64,000 nt of DNA from contig CAZSQN010000003.1 in assembly GCA_964609095.1 (NCBI GenBank), positions 12,687-76,686 on the forward strand. The letters run 5' to 3'. Both the position numbers and the translations under genes were made by a program. Every line of letters starts with the position of its first letter. The stretch's first letter is position 1. The DNA comes from an uncultured Gammaproteobacteria bacterium (lineage in GTDB: Bacteria; Patescibacteriota; Patescibacteriia; CAZSQN01). Of this stretch, positions 17,781 to 26,663 are shown piece by piece. The notes under the pieces were generated by a model. The model saw only the letters and a list, made by a program, of their open reading frames with translations, did no database searches and was not told where the DNA came from.

Positions 17781-18262
17781 TAAATTTGTTTTGATTTTTG
17801 CTCTTCGTAGAGCGCCAAAATCTTGTCGGTCTTAATCTTTGCTTCTTGTTCAAGAAAAAATTTATTAACGCCGGGAATAATTTTGAGCCAAAAGACAATC
17901 AGTTCCAACACGTCTTTAACCGCAACTTTGGCCGTCCTTATCATCGCCTGAATTTTGGAAGCAACTTCCTCGCCCTTGGCCTTAAACTCTTCCTGCGTCT
18001 CCGGCGGCATAGCCGCATACGCCTCCAGCAAATCTTCAGCCAAAAAATCTTCAATCTGCGCCGTAAGCTCGTCTTTTTTAACCATTGGAGAAACCGCGGC
18101 CTTGCCCGGAATTACCGTGACTGCCGGCGCCGCTTCTTCCGCCGCCTCCTCTTTTGCCAAAACTTCTTTTGGTTTTTCAATGCTAATCTCCGGAGCCGCT
18201 TCCGGAACCGGCCCGATTTCTACTTTGGTTATTTCTTGTTTTTCTTCCGGCATACCCCGCAC
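17780..18262 (-). CDS. Acidic coiled-coil hypothetical protein, co-oriented with and overlapping the ATPase gene.
   Basis: Glu/Ala/Lys-rich 160-aa ORF. Its start codon lies inside the TIR element at 18251-18266. Confidence 0.4.
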   Translation of the reverse strand: MRGMPEEKQEITKVEIGPVPEAAPEISIEKPKEVLAKEEAAEEAAPAVTVIPGKAAVSPMVKKDELTAQIEDFLAEDLLEAYAAMPPETQEEFKAKGEEVASKIQAMIRTAKVAVKDVLELIVFWLKIIPGVNKFFLEQEAKIKTDKILALYEEQKSKQI

Positions 18263-18432
18263 ATAACTTGCTTAATCCAAAACATAATTTATATTATGTG
18301 CTGGATTCCCGCATTATGTTCATCAAATCTTCTTTTTAAATTATTTGTACAGCCAACATACATAAAATGCTCTGCCTTGCTTTTAATCAAATAAACGAAA
18401 ACATCAAGCAAATTATGTGCGGGGCATACCCC
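18251..18432. repeat. MITE-like element E2 with terminal inverted repeats CATACCCCGCACATAA / TTATGTGCGGGGCATACCCC.
   Basis: Same 12-bp inverted core as E1 with a direct GCATACCCC flank, enclosing about 145 bp of AT-rich sequence upstream of the ATPase operon. Confidence 0.6.
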
Positions 18433-18470
18433 ATCATTATAGCACAAGCATGAGCGCTTGCGCTCATGCT

Positions 18471-19883
18471 TTACGCCTTCTTAATTTTTGGACCCGTTGC
18501 CGCATCCTCTACTTTAAACCCCAGCTCTTTTATTTTTTGCCGCAATTCATCAGCTTGCTTAAAATCGCCTTTTTTACGCGCTTCTTCCCGCTCTCTAACC
18601 AGCTTTTGCGCCTCTGTTGGAACTTTCTCCGCCTCTCTTTTTTTAAAACCGATTCCAAGCGTAGAACCCATTTCGCGAAGAAGCTTGGCGGCGGCTTTTG
18701 CTTCGGAACGCTTAACTCCGTAGTCAAGCAAAGCATTGCCTTTGCGCGCGAAATTATGAAGCGCGGCCAATGCCTTGGAAGTGTTAAGGTCATTGTCCAT
18801 GGCCCGCAGATATTCCTCGCGCGTTTCATTGATTAAACTTTTCATTGATGCGTTGCCGGCTTTGGGCTTATCTAATCTGCCGGCAAACTCGTCAATTCGG
18901 CTAATCGCTACGCGCGCCGAGTCCAAACTTTCCCAAGTAAAATTAAGCGGGTCTCTGTAATGAACCGAGATTAGGAGATAACGCAGTTCGCGCGGAGAAA
19001 ACCCGCGGGAAGTTATGTCATTAAGCGTATAAAAATTTCCCAAACTTTTGCTCATTTTCTCTCCGTCTACCAGCAAGTGCGTGACATGCAGGAAGTAGCG
19101 GCTGAATTTCGCGCCGTTGGCCGCCTCGGATTGCGCTATTTCCGCTTCGTGATGGGGAAACTTATTGTCTTCGCCGCCGGTATGGATATCAATGGTTTTC
19201 CCCAGATATTTTTCCGCCATGGCCGAACATTCAAGATGCCAGCCCGGATACCCCTCCCCCCACGGCGCCTTCCAAGTCATCAAATGTCCGGCCTTGCAAA
19301 TCCACAGCGCGAAATCAAACGGCTCTTTTTTGCCCGAAACCGGCGCCACGCGGGCTCCGGCTAAAAGATTTTCCAAAGTGTTGCCGGAGAGCTTGCCATA
19401 ATCAGAAAATTTTCTTACTTCGTAATAAACATTGCAGCCGTCCTTGTACCCGTACCCCGCCCTGATAAGCTTTTCTATCATTTTAATCATTTCTTTTATA
19501 TGAGCGCTGGCGCGGGGATACTTCCATGCCGGTTTAATGTTTAGGGCGTTAATGTCATTAAAAAACGCCTGCGTGAATTTTTCCGCGATTTGCTTGGGCG
19601 AGGTTTTGGCGAGCCGCGCGGCTTCTTCAATTTTGTCCAAGCCCTCTTCGGCGTCAGCCATCTGATGACCCACATCCGTGATGTTCATTACCTGCCTGAC
19701 TTTATAACCGCCGTATTCAAGATATCTTCGAAGAACATCCACGGCGACAAAAGAACGCAGATTGCCGATATGCGCGAAGTCGTAAACAGTCGGCCCGCAG
19801 GAATACATCTTTACAACCCCGCCTTCTTTCTTGAACGGCTCAATCTCTTTAGAAAGGGAATTATATAATTTTAAACTTGACAT
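18471..19883 (-). CDS. cysS: Cysteinyl-tRNA synthetase.
   Basis: MYSCGPTVYDFAHIGNLR (HIGH motif) and KMSKSLGN. The true start is probably MSSLKLYN, because the first 15 codons of the tracked ORF read through the (CCCTAAA)n repeat. Confidence 0.9.
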   Translation of the reverse strand: MSSLKLYNSLSKEIEPFKKEGGVVKMYSCGPTVYDFAHIGNLRSFVAVDVLRRYLEYGGYKVRQVMNITDVGHQMADAEEGLDKIEEAARLAKTSPKQIAEKFTQAFFNDINALNIKPAWKYPRASAHIKEMIKMIEKLIRAGYGYKDGCNVYYEVRKFSDYGKLSGNTLENLLAGARVAPVSGKKEPFDFALWICKAGHLMTWKAPWGEGYPGWHLECSAMAEKYLGKTIDIHTGGEDNKFPHHEAEIAQSEAANGAKFSRYFLHVTHLLVDGEKMSKSLGNFYTLNDITSRGFSPRELRYLLISVHYRDPLNFTWESLDSARVAISRIDEFAGRLDKPKAGNASMKSLINETREEYLRAMDNDLNTSKALAALHNFARKGNALLDYGVKRSEAKAAAKLLREMGSTLGIGFKKREAEKVPTEAQKLVREREEARKKGDFKQADELRQKIKELGFKVEDAATGPKIKKA

Positions 19884-19887
19884 AAAT

Positions 19888-19947
19888 AAAGGGTATAGGG
19901 TACGGGGTATAGAAATTAAAAAAACCAAACCCTAAACCCTAAACCCT
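19888..19947. repeat. Telomere-like heptamer element (inverted copy): GGGTATAGGGTACGGGGTATAG ... (CCCTAAA)x3.
   Basis: AAAGGGTATAGGGTACGGGGTATAGAAATTAAAAAAACCAAACCCTAAACCCTAAACCC. The two halves are partially self-complementary. Confidence 0.75.
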
Positions 19948-19949
19948 TT

Positions 19950-22199
19950 TTAATATATCGTTCTCCACGCGTAAGAATTTGCCGCGTCTTTGGCGCACAC
20001 GGCCATGGAATCTTTTACGCCGGAAGCGCCTTCTATAAAGCGCAGAGCGCCGCGCAAAGAGGAATTGCAAGTAGCGGCTCCTACCGTACCAAAAAGAATA
20101 TAATTATCAACATGCAGATTGCCGTTGACCCCGGCGTTGCCGTTCACATAGAAATCATCGCCGCCCATGGTAAAAGCCGGATCGTCAATGTTTTCCACCG
20201 TATTGCCAACAAATAAACTGTCGCCAACATAAACATTAGCGTATGGAGACACGCCTGTTCCGGAAAAATATCCGGCCCAGTTGGTTGTGCCTCCGGAAGC
20301 GCTGCCGTAAACGCCGTAGGTTGTGCCCGCTCCATTGCCAATGCCGCGCACGCCATAAATTCCATCGGCGTAAACTCCATAACTTCCGTACCCAACATAG
20401 GCCTCGCCTCCGCCGCTGTCAGTATCGGTAAAATATCCTCCGGCGGTAGAACCCTGCGAGCGCGCTCCATAAGCCGAATTAACGGTTTGTCCGCCGGAAG
20501 CCAGCGCGCCGCTTACAAGAAAATTGTCACCCGAAGCGGTTTGCACTGTTCCATTTGCAGAGTCCAATGTAAGCGCGCCGGTGCCGGCCGCGCCTAAAAT
20601 AGTCGGCGTGGCCTCATTAATAGTTACATCACCGGAAATCTGCGTCGGGTCGGTAATCCTAAATCCAAGAAAACCGCTCGCCATCTGTGAATTGTAAGAA
20701 ATTGACTCTGTTAAATTACCCCTAAAACTTACGTATACTGGGCCTTCCGCCGTATCATTGGCATTAAGTTTCAAAACGCCGTAATCAAGCGTGGTTTGCG
20801 GATACATACCATAAACCATGTTAATAATCCCGCCATTCAAATTGATGTCAGTCCCCAATCCGCTCATATTCAGGTCGCCGGTCATTGTGTCGCCGGGCAC
20901 ATTTACATATCTGCCGTCGGCAAAAGCCGTGTCAAGGGAAACCGTATCAGCGCCAACCGTGATGCCTGGTCCTGCCCCCACATCCAAAGTATCGGCAGAA
21001 GCCGTAAGCCCAGCTCCGGCGCCAACATCAACCGTCACATCCCCGCTTGCTCCGCCCCCGGTTAAACCCGAGCCGGCAGCCACTCCCGTAATATCTCCCC
21101 CGCCGCCGCCTCCTCCGGCCGGCCAGGAACTGCGGCAATCCGTTCCTATGCAAAAAGTGGACGCGCTAATGGTATTGGCGTCAGTATACGGCGCTCCGGA
21201 AGTGCAGGTAGCGCCGGTAAGAGAGCATATTGACCTTCCGATAATTGATCCTTGGGAGGTTAAATTATATCCGCCGGCAACCTGAACGGGACCGCTAAAA
21301 TTCGCGCTCTGCCCAATGGTTGTGCCAAGTCCGCCTCTGAAATAAACTGCTTTATTGAATTCAAAATTATTCCCTGGCGGAATCCAGTCCAAGCGATTAC
21401 CCGCATCAACGAAATTTACGGAAACGGTTGTGCCGCCGTTATCGGTATCAAGCGTGATTGAGCCGACCTGCGTTGTGTTGCCGCGGTTGGTTACAGTGCG
21501 CAAAGTGTCCGCGTCAACTGATGCCCAGGTGCTCCGGCAATCTCCGCCCATGCACAATTCCCGCGCGTCAATGTATCTGCCGGGGGCGTTAATATCTGCC
21601 GAACCGGCTAAATTCAGATCGCCAGTAATCGTGTCGCCGGTTATATTTACATACAACCCGTCAGCATAAGCCGTGTCCAATGAGACAGTCACATCCCCGC
21701 TGCTCCCACCGCCGGAAATTCCCGAACCGGCATTAACGCCGGTAATATCCCCGCCTCCGCCGCCTCCTCCGGCCGGCCAAACATTACGGCAGTCAGCGCC
21801 AATGCAAAGCTGGGTTCCTCTTACATTCCCTCCCGCAGTTAGATTGCCGTCAGTTGTAATGTCGCCTGCCGCCTGACTTGCTCCCGCGCCAATAATTGTT
21901 CCGTTAACGCCATTGCCAAAATAGGCATTGGGCGAAGTCACTCTCCAAGTCGCGTCAGGATTGTGTCCGCCAAAAGCTCCTCCCTGGCTCATCCTGCCGG
22001 TGCCGGAGATATTAAAACTCGCGGTTTGTTCGGTTCCGGAAATCTGGCTGTTCCAGATTAGCGGCGGCGTATTATTGCCGGGCGGAGCCGCAGTCGGCTC
22101 CTGCCAGCCCTGTGCCAATACAATTTGCACGGCAAAAATAAAAAACAAAGCCAATAAAGTGACGGCGGAACTCTCAAAAATAATCTTTTTTATTTTCAT
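19950..22199 (-). CDS. Large secreted Gly-rich repeat protein with tail-fibre-like motifs. Putative surface or adhesin protein.
   Basis: N-terminal signal/TM segment. An internally duplicated block of about 60 aa, CIG(A/T)DCR..WPAGGGGGGGDITGV.AGSG..GGG.SGDVTV.LDTA.ADG.YVN..GDT.TGDLN, occurs twice. Confidence 0.5.
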   Translation of the reverse strand: MKIKKIIFESSAVTLLALFFIFAVQIVLAQGWQEPTAAPPGNNTPPLIWNSQISGTEQTASFNISGTGRMSQGGAFGGHNPDATWRVTSPNAYFGNGVNGTIIGAGASQAAGDITTDGNLTAGGNVRGTQLCIGADCRNVWPAGGGGGGGDITGVNAGSGISGGGSSGDVTVSLDTAYADGLYVNITGDTITGDLNLAGSADINAPGRYIDARELCMGGDCRSTWASVDADTLRTVTNRGNTTQVGSITLDTDNGGTTVSVNFVDAGNRLDWIPPGNNFEFNKAVYFRGGLGTTIGQSANFSGPVQVAGGYNLTSQGSIIGRSICSLTGATCTSGAPYTDANTISASTFCIGTDCRSSWPAGGGGGGGDITGVAAGSGLTGGGASGDVTVDVGAGAGLTASADTLDVGAGPGITVGADTVSLDTAFADGRYVNVPGDTMTGDLNMSGLGTDINLNGGIINMVYGMYPQTTLDYGVLKLNANDTAEGPVYVSFRGNLTESISYNSQMASGFLGFRITDPTQISGDVTINEATPTILGAAGTGALTLDSANGTVQTASGDNFLVSGALASGGQTVNSAYGARSQGSTAGGYFTDTDSGGGEAYVGYGSYGVYADGIYGVRGIGNGAGTTYGVYGSASGGTTNWAGYFSGTGVSPYANVYVGDSLFVGNTVENIDDPAFTMGGDDFYVNGNAGVNGNLHVDNYILFGTVGAATCNSSLRGALRFIEGASGVKDSMAVCAKDAANSYAWRTIY

Positions 22200-22209
22200 A
22201 AAAATTATC

Positions 22210-22776
22210 TCACTGCAACTTAGGCCTGCGCTCTTCTCCGATAAAAATCATCAGCGCTATCGGCGTTACCAGCCAAAAAAATTTGCCCAAATTTCCGGTA
22301 AACACCATCTGCGTAAAAGGGGCAAAATAGCGCATAGCCGTTCCGGGCAAGAAAGAAAGCATCACGGAAGTTAAAAGCCCCACGTGCAAAAAGCTCCAAA
22401 GAATAACTTGCCACCAGCGTCCGCCGGCCGGAGAACCGATATTGCGCAAAAACGAGCTCCGGGCAAGAGCGAAAAATAAAATTATAAAAGCGCCGACAAA
22501 CAAGCTCATGCGCAAAGCAAACTCCGAACCGGTGTTTCTGAAATTGGAAAGATACGGCGCGGTATTAACCACGGCCAGAGACATATAGATCGCGATTAAA
22601 GTCAAAATAATGCGGTCGCGGCCCAAAGTCAGACCGTAGAGCAGCACGGCGAAAGAAAAGAAAAACAAAACAAAAATATCCCAGGTCGGCTGCGCCAGAT
22701 TCAGGTTTTTAAGCGCCGTAAAAAGTCCGGAAAAATCCACGCTCAATTTTGCCAATGTGGTTTGTATAAAAAACAT
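22210..22776 (-). CDS. Hypothetical polytopic membrane protein.
   Basis: 188 aa with 5-6 TM helices. Confidence 0.4.
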   Translation of the reverse strand: MFFIQTTLAKLSVDFSGLFTALKNLNLAQPTWDIFVLFFFSFAVLLYGLTLGRDRIILTLIAIYMSLAVVNTAPYLSNFRNTGSEFALRMSLFVGAFIILFFALARSSFLRNIGSPAGGRWWQVILWSFLHVGLLTSVMLSFLPGTAMRYFAPFTQMVFTGNLGKFFWLVTPIALMIFIGEERRPKLQ

Positions 22777-22781
22777 GACAC

Positions 22782-22848
22782 AGCGTATAGGGTTTAGGGT
22801 TTAGGGTTTAGGGTCACTAAACGCTGAACACTAACCGCTAAACGCTTT
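22782..22848. repeat. Telomere-like heptamer element: (TTTAGGG)x3.5 followed by CTAAACG-type heptamers.
   Basis: GCGTATAGGGTTTAGGGTTTAGGGTTTAGGGTCACTAAACGCTGAACACTAACCGCTAAACGC. Confidence 0.8.
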
Positions 22849-22894
22849 TAACGGTTTTCCACAGCTTCCATATCATTATATCAAAAGCAAGCAA

Positions 22895-22923
22895 ACAAAA
22901 AAAGCGGACAAAAGCCCGCTTTG
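22895..22923 (-). terminator. Rho-independent terminator downstream of the 22942..23190 gene.
   Basis: Minus strand: AAAGCGGGCUUUUGUCCGCUUU followed by UUUUUUG. Confidence 0.6.
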
Positions 22924-22941
22924 CCGCAACGTGGAAAAACT

Positions 22942-23190
22942 CTAAATTCGCTCAAAAGAATGAACAAAATGGCCGTTATTGCTTTCACCCCATTCTGTAA
23001 TACGGACCTTAAAGCCGACCGCGGCTTCAATCACGCCAATAATATAGTTCTCCACCTCGCGCCGCTCTTCCTCGGATTCCCAAAAAGTAACCCCATGATA
23101 GTCATAGTAATAAACCAAACCCTCGTTTCTACGAATGCCTATCTGCCTTGATGGAAGTTTATCCAAAAGTTCACGCTTCAGTTTTTCCAT
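22942..23190 (-). CDS. Small hypothetical protein (about 82 aa from MEKLKRELL).
   Basis: ORF divergent from the ParB/Srx-like gene. Confidence 0.35.
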   Translation of the reverse strand: MEKLKRELLDKLPSRQIGIRRNEGLVYYYDYHGVTFWESEEERREVENYIIGVIEAAVGFKVRITEWGESNNGHFVHSFERI

Positions 23191-23248
23191 GCTATTGCCT
23201 CCCTTGAAAGAACAACTTGATTTATAATATAATAATAAAAAAAATATT

Positions 23249-23677
23249 ATGCAAGAAGACCTTGACCCCAATAAGGCAACCTATGTTGATCCGAGACACG
23301 AGGAACACGCCTTTGACTTGCCTTTTTGGCGAGATAATCAGAAATTATGGGTATTAAAAGTTCCAGTGGAAGATATGAATATTGAGGAATTGCTTTGGAT
23401 TTTAGATGTGCCGTTCTGGGAAGACGAACGCGGCAATATCGTTATAACGCCCAATGAGGTTATAAACAATCCGGATAAATATCCCGCGCACCAAAACAGA
23501 ATAACGGCTGCCGACACTTCTTATCCCATTGATATAATGAAAAATAAAAAAGGAAAGTGGCTGACGTTAGACGGGCTGCACCGCCTTGCCAAGCTGGCAA
23601 TAAAAAAAGCACCCACTGTTAAAGTTAGGAAAATTCCGCCGAAACTTGTCCATTTGACGGCACGGGATAATAAGTAA
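23249..23677 (+). CDS. ParB/sulfiredoxin-fold (ParB-like nuclease domain) protein.
   Basis: PIDIMKNKKGKWLTLDGLHRLAKLAIKK matches the ParB/Srx core (DGxHR...A). Confidence 0.5.
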   Translation: MQEDLDPNKATYVDPRHEEHAFDLPFWRDNQKLWVLKVPVEDMNIEELLWILDVPFWEDERGNIVITPNEVINNPDKYPAHQNRITAADTSYPIDIMKNKKGKWLTLDGLHRLAKLAIKKAPTVKVRKIPPKLVHLTARDNK

Positions 23678-23718
23678 CCGAAACAAAAACAACCTCACGC
23701 GAGGAGGTCGTTTTTGGG

Positions 23719-23797
23719 TGTGGAGCCAAGGGGTATTGAACCCCCCTATCCGAGTGCTAACCACGGAATCCTCACCGTGAGGTGGCCACAAGGACTC
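23719..23797 (-). pseudogene. tRNA-like fragment, probable tRNA pseudogene or remnant. The 3' half is canonical and the 5' half does not fold.
   Basis: The minus strand reads ...GGGGG-TTCAATA-CCCCT-TGGCTCC-A, a T-arm plus acceptor 3' strand. The partner GGAGTCC lies at 23791-23797. The D and anticodon regions form a tight palindrome CCTCACGGTGAGG instead of a cloverleaf. Confidence 0.3.
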
Positions 23798-23955
23798 CAC
23801 GGCGAGGATTGTAGCAGTTTAGAAAATAAAAAGAAAATCCGAGATTTCTCTCGGACTTTCGAGGACTCAATAGAATCCGTGGTTAGCTATTTAAATATAG
23901 CATATCTATGAGATTTGTCAAGATAATCCATCCACAACCTCTTTTTGGATGAACT

Positions 23956-25065
23956 TCAACTCTTTTTCGCAAAATAATAAGCCGCCAAAAGAGTGGATAT
24001 GGGCACGGCAAGAATCAGCGCGGAACTGCCGACAAGAGTCCGGACAATTTCCTCTGCCATAAATTCGCTGTTAAAAATAACCCAAAGCGGTTGCGCTTTG
24101 TCTATTGTAAAAAACATAAATAAAGGCAAAGACGCCCCGGCATAAGCCAAAACAAGAGTATTGACCAGCGAAGCAATATGCTCCCTGCCAATGGAAAGCC
24201 CGCGCCGGTAAAGCTCGCCAAAACCAAGGGAACTATTCGCTTCTTTTAGCTCTGCCACGGCCGCGGCCTGCGCCGTTGTCACATCGTCCAAAACGCCCAA
24301 AGTGCCGATAATTATCCCGCCCAAAAGTAGGCCGCGCAGATTAATGGACTCCGTCAATGACAATTGGAGATTAATCGCCTCCTCGCTTCCGGCTCCCCAA
24401 AGCTTGGAAGCGGCAACAAATAAAAGCGCCAAAACTGCCGAAACCAAAAGAGTTATGACCGTGCTCAAATACGCCACGGCCGTCCGCTTGTTGATTCCAT
24501 GCGCCAAAAACAAAGAAATCGTGGCTATGGCCAGCGAACCCAAAAAGCTTATGCCAAATGCGTTGCCGCCATCAGCGATTTTAGGCACGACATAAAAATT
24601 CAAAATCAGCAAACTGAATCCAAGTCCGAGCAATGACAACACTCCCTTGCGCCTGCCGAAAATTGCCGCCAAAGAAAAAAAGATACCAAAAACCAGCAAG
24701 AGCGGAGTCAGACGATACTTCTCCACCAAAAGATATTCAATCTGGCCGTCAATTATTGTTTTGGAAACAATAATTTTTTCTTTTTCCTTAAATGTCTCCC
24801 AGCTCTTCTCCGCCTCTTGGGTATAAATAATGCCGATTGTTTTGCCTTTTTCTTTTCCGCTTAAAATCCGCGCTTCAAATTTTAATGTTTTGCCGATAAA
24901 CTCATTGCTCTCGGCCGGCAATTCCGCGATGGACAAAATCTTTGCTTTATAATACTCGTCTTTTGGCGGCAGAAAATTTGAAGAGTCAGCCGTTGCGCCA
25001 ACAAAGACAGGAAAAGTTAATAAATAAAAGATAAAAGACAAAAGAAAAAAGATTTTTTTAAACAT
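23956..25065 (-). CDS. YibE/F-family membrane protein.
   Basis: N-terminal signal peptide plus extracytoplasmic domain, then a polytopic region carrying GVLDDVTTAQAAAV. Confidence 0.5.
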   Translation of the reverse strand: MFKKIFFLLSFIFYLLTFPVFVGATADSSNFLPPKDEYYKAKILSIAELPAESNEFIGKTLKFEARILSGKEKGKTIGIIYTQEAEKSWETFKEKEKIIVSKTIIDGQIEYLLVEKYRLTPLLLVFGIFFSLAAIFGRRKGVLSLLGLGFSLLILNFYVVPKIADGGNAFGISFLGSLAIATISLFLAHGINKRTAVAYLSTVITLLVSAVLALLFVAASKLWGAGSEEAINLQLSLTESINLRGLLLGGIIIGTLGVLDDVTTAQAAAVAELKEANSSLGFGELYRRGLSIGREHIASLVNTLVLAYAGASLPLFMFFTIDKAQPLWVIFNSEFMAEEIVRTLVGSSALILAVPISTLLAAYYFAKKS

Positions 25066-25160
25066 AATTATTATTCCGTTTATTACATTTTTTCAAAATC
25101 CTTTAACGGCTGTGGATAACTGTTATTTCAAACTTTCTATTTATTTTCTATAATATCAGT

Positions 25161-26663
25161 ATGATGACAAAAAAGCAAAAACACGTGCTCGATTTTATAA
25201 CCTTTCACCAAGAACGGGAAGGATATGCCCCTTCCCTTGATGAGATACGCAAGAAATTTAAACTTGCGTCTGTTTCAACTGCCCATTTCCACGTATCAAA
25301 ACTCCGCGATTTGGGTTATTTATCCAAAGAAGAAAATAAACCGCGAGCCATTGAAGCGCTTGGCCGCGAAACAATGGTAAAGATTCCGCTTTTAGGAACG
25401 ATCGCCGCCGGCCAACCTATTGAAGCAATTCAAGAAAAAGAGATAATCGCGGTTCCAAAAAGCAAAATTCCTTTTTCGTCAGAGGTTTATGCTCTCCGCG
25501 TAGTCGGAAGCAGTATGATTGACGAAAATATAAACGATGGCGATGTTGTTTTGGTGCGTCAACAGGAAACAGCCGAAAACGGACAAAAAGTCGTGGCTCT
25601 CATAGATAATCACGAAGCAACCTTAAAAAAATTTTACAGAGAAAACGGGTATATTCGATTACAGCCCGCAAACAAAACAATGGAACCGCTTATTTTTAGA
25701 AATGGGCGGGATGTTTCAATTCAAGGAGTTGTGCTGGATGTTATTCGTGATGGCGGTTTTGTGTCTCCGGTAGAAATTTATCCGGATGCAAAACTTCTTA
25801 ATCGAGAAAGAAAAGTCAAAAACCGAGAAGCAAAAGAAAGAACGCGCGGCGGCACAAAATTTCAGAAAGATGCCGTTATGGTTGCGCAAGCAGACGGTAT
25901 TGAAAAATTTACTAATAAAATTATTTGCGGCGACAGTGAAGAAGTTTTGCGTAAAATCCCAACCGGTTCAGTTGATATTATTATTACATCGCCTCCATAT
26001 AATTTTGGTCTGGAATATAAAGACGATAAGAAAAATGATGCGGTTCACTGGGACGAGTATTTTAAGAAGATAAACACAATTTGGAAGGAGTGCGCGCGTG
26101 TTCTAAAACCAGGCGGACGATTGTGCCTCAATGTACAGCCATTGTTTTCAGATTACATTCCGACACATCACCTGATGTCAAAACAACTACTCAATCACGG
26201 TCTTATATGGAAAGGCGAAATTTTGTGGGAAAAAAACAACTATAACTGCAAATATACCGCGTGGGGTAGCTGGAAAAGCCCCAGTATGCCATATTTGAAG
26301 TACACTTGGGAATTTGTTGAGATTTTTTCAAAAGATACGCACAAAAAAGTCGGTGACTCGTCAAAAGCCGATATTACTGGCGATGAGTTTAAAAAATGGG
26401 TTTACGCGAAATGGTCTATTGCCTCCGAACGAAACATGAAAGATTATGATCATCCCGCGATGTTTCCAAAAGAGTTAGCAACACGACTGATGAAACTTTT
26501 CAGCTATCAAGACGATATCGTACTTGATCCATTTAACGGCGCCGGCACAACAACACTTTGCGCCGCAGAAACCGGCAGAAAATATATCGGCATAGATATT
26601 TCGCCTAAATACTGCGAAATCTCTGAAAAACGAATTAAAGAAATTCCAGCGAAGTTATTTTAG
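25161..26663 (+). CDS. LexA-like repressor (wHTH plus S24 autopeptidase) fused in frame to a beta-class N4-C/N6-A DNA methyltransferase.
   Basis: Residues 1-205 form a complete LexA: an HTH, the AAGQP Ala-Gly cleavage site, GSSM serine and LKKF lysine. Residues about 245-500 form the methyltransferase: NKIICGDSEEVLRKIP...IIITSPPYNF (motif IV) followed by C-terminal DPFNGAGTT (motif I). This is the beta-class domain order. No stop separates the two domains. Confidence 0.75.
   Translation: MMTKKQKHVLDFITFHQEREGYAPSLDEIRKKFKLASVSTAHFHVSKLRDLGYLSKEENKPRAIEALGRETMVKIPLLGTIAAGQPIEAIQEKEIIAVPKSKIPFSSEVYALRVVGSSMIDENINDGDVVLVRQQETAENGQKVVALIDNHEATLKKFYRENGYIRLQPANKTMEPLIFRNGRDVSIQGVVLDVIRDGGFVSPVEIYPDAKLLNRERKVKNREAKERTRGGTKFQKDAVMVAQADGIEKFTNKIICGDSEEVLRKIPTGSVDIIITSPPYNFGLEYKDDKKNDAVHWDEYFKKINTIWKECARVLKPGGRLCLNVQPLFSDYIPTHHLMSKQLLNHGLIWKGEILWEKNNYNCKYTAWGSWKSPSMPYLKYTWEFVEIFSKDTHKKVGDSSKADITGDEFKKWVYAKWSIASERNMKDYDHPAMFPKELATRLMKLFSYQDDIVLDPFNGAGTTTLCAAETGRKYIGIDISPKYCEISEKRIKEIPAKLF

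Noticed and set aside
23714-23911. 65-aa plus-strand ORF across the tRNA-like fragment.
   Set aside because: It reads through a structured RNA-like region and has no RBS. Spurious.
25770-25900. Internal Met (MVAQADGIEK) as an independent start for a stand-alone methyltransferase, with LexA as a separate gene.
   Set aside because: No stop codon separates the LexA and methyltransferase domains and they share one frame, so two genes cannot be encoded as sequenced. This is kept as a caveat, since a sequencing error in the linker could split them.
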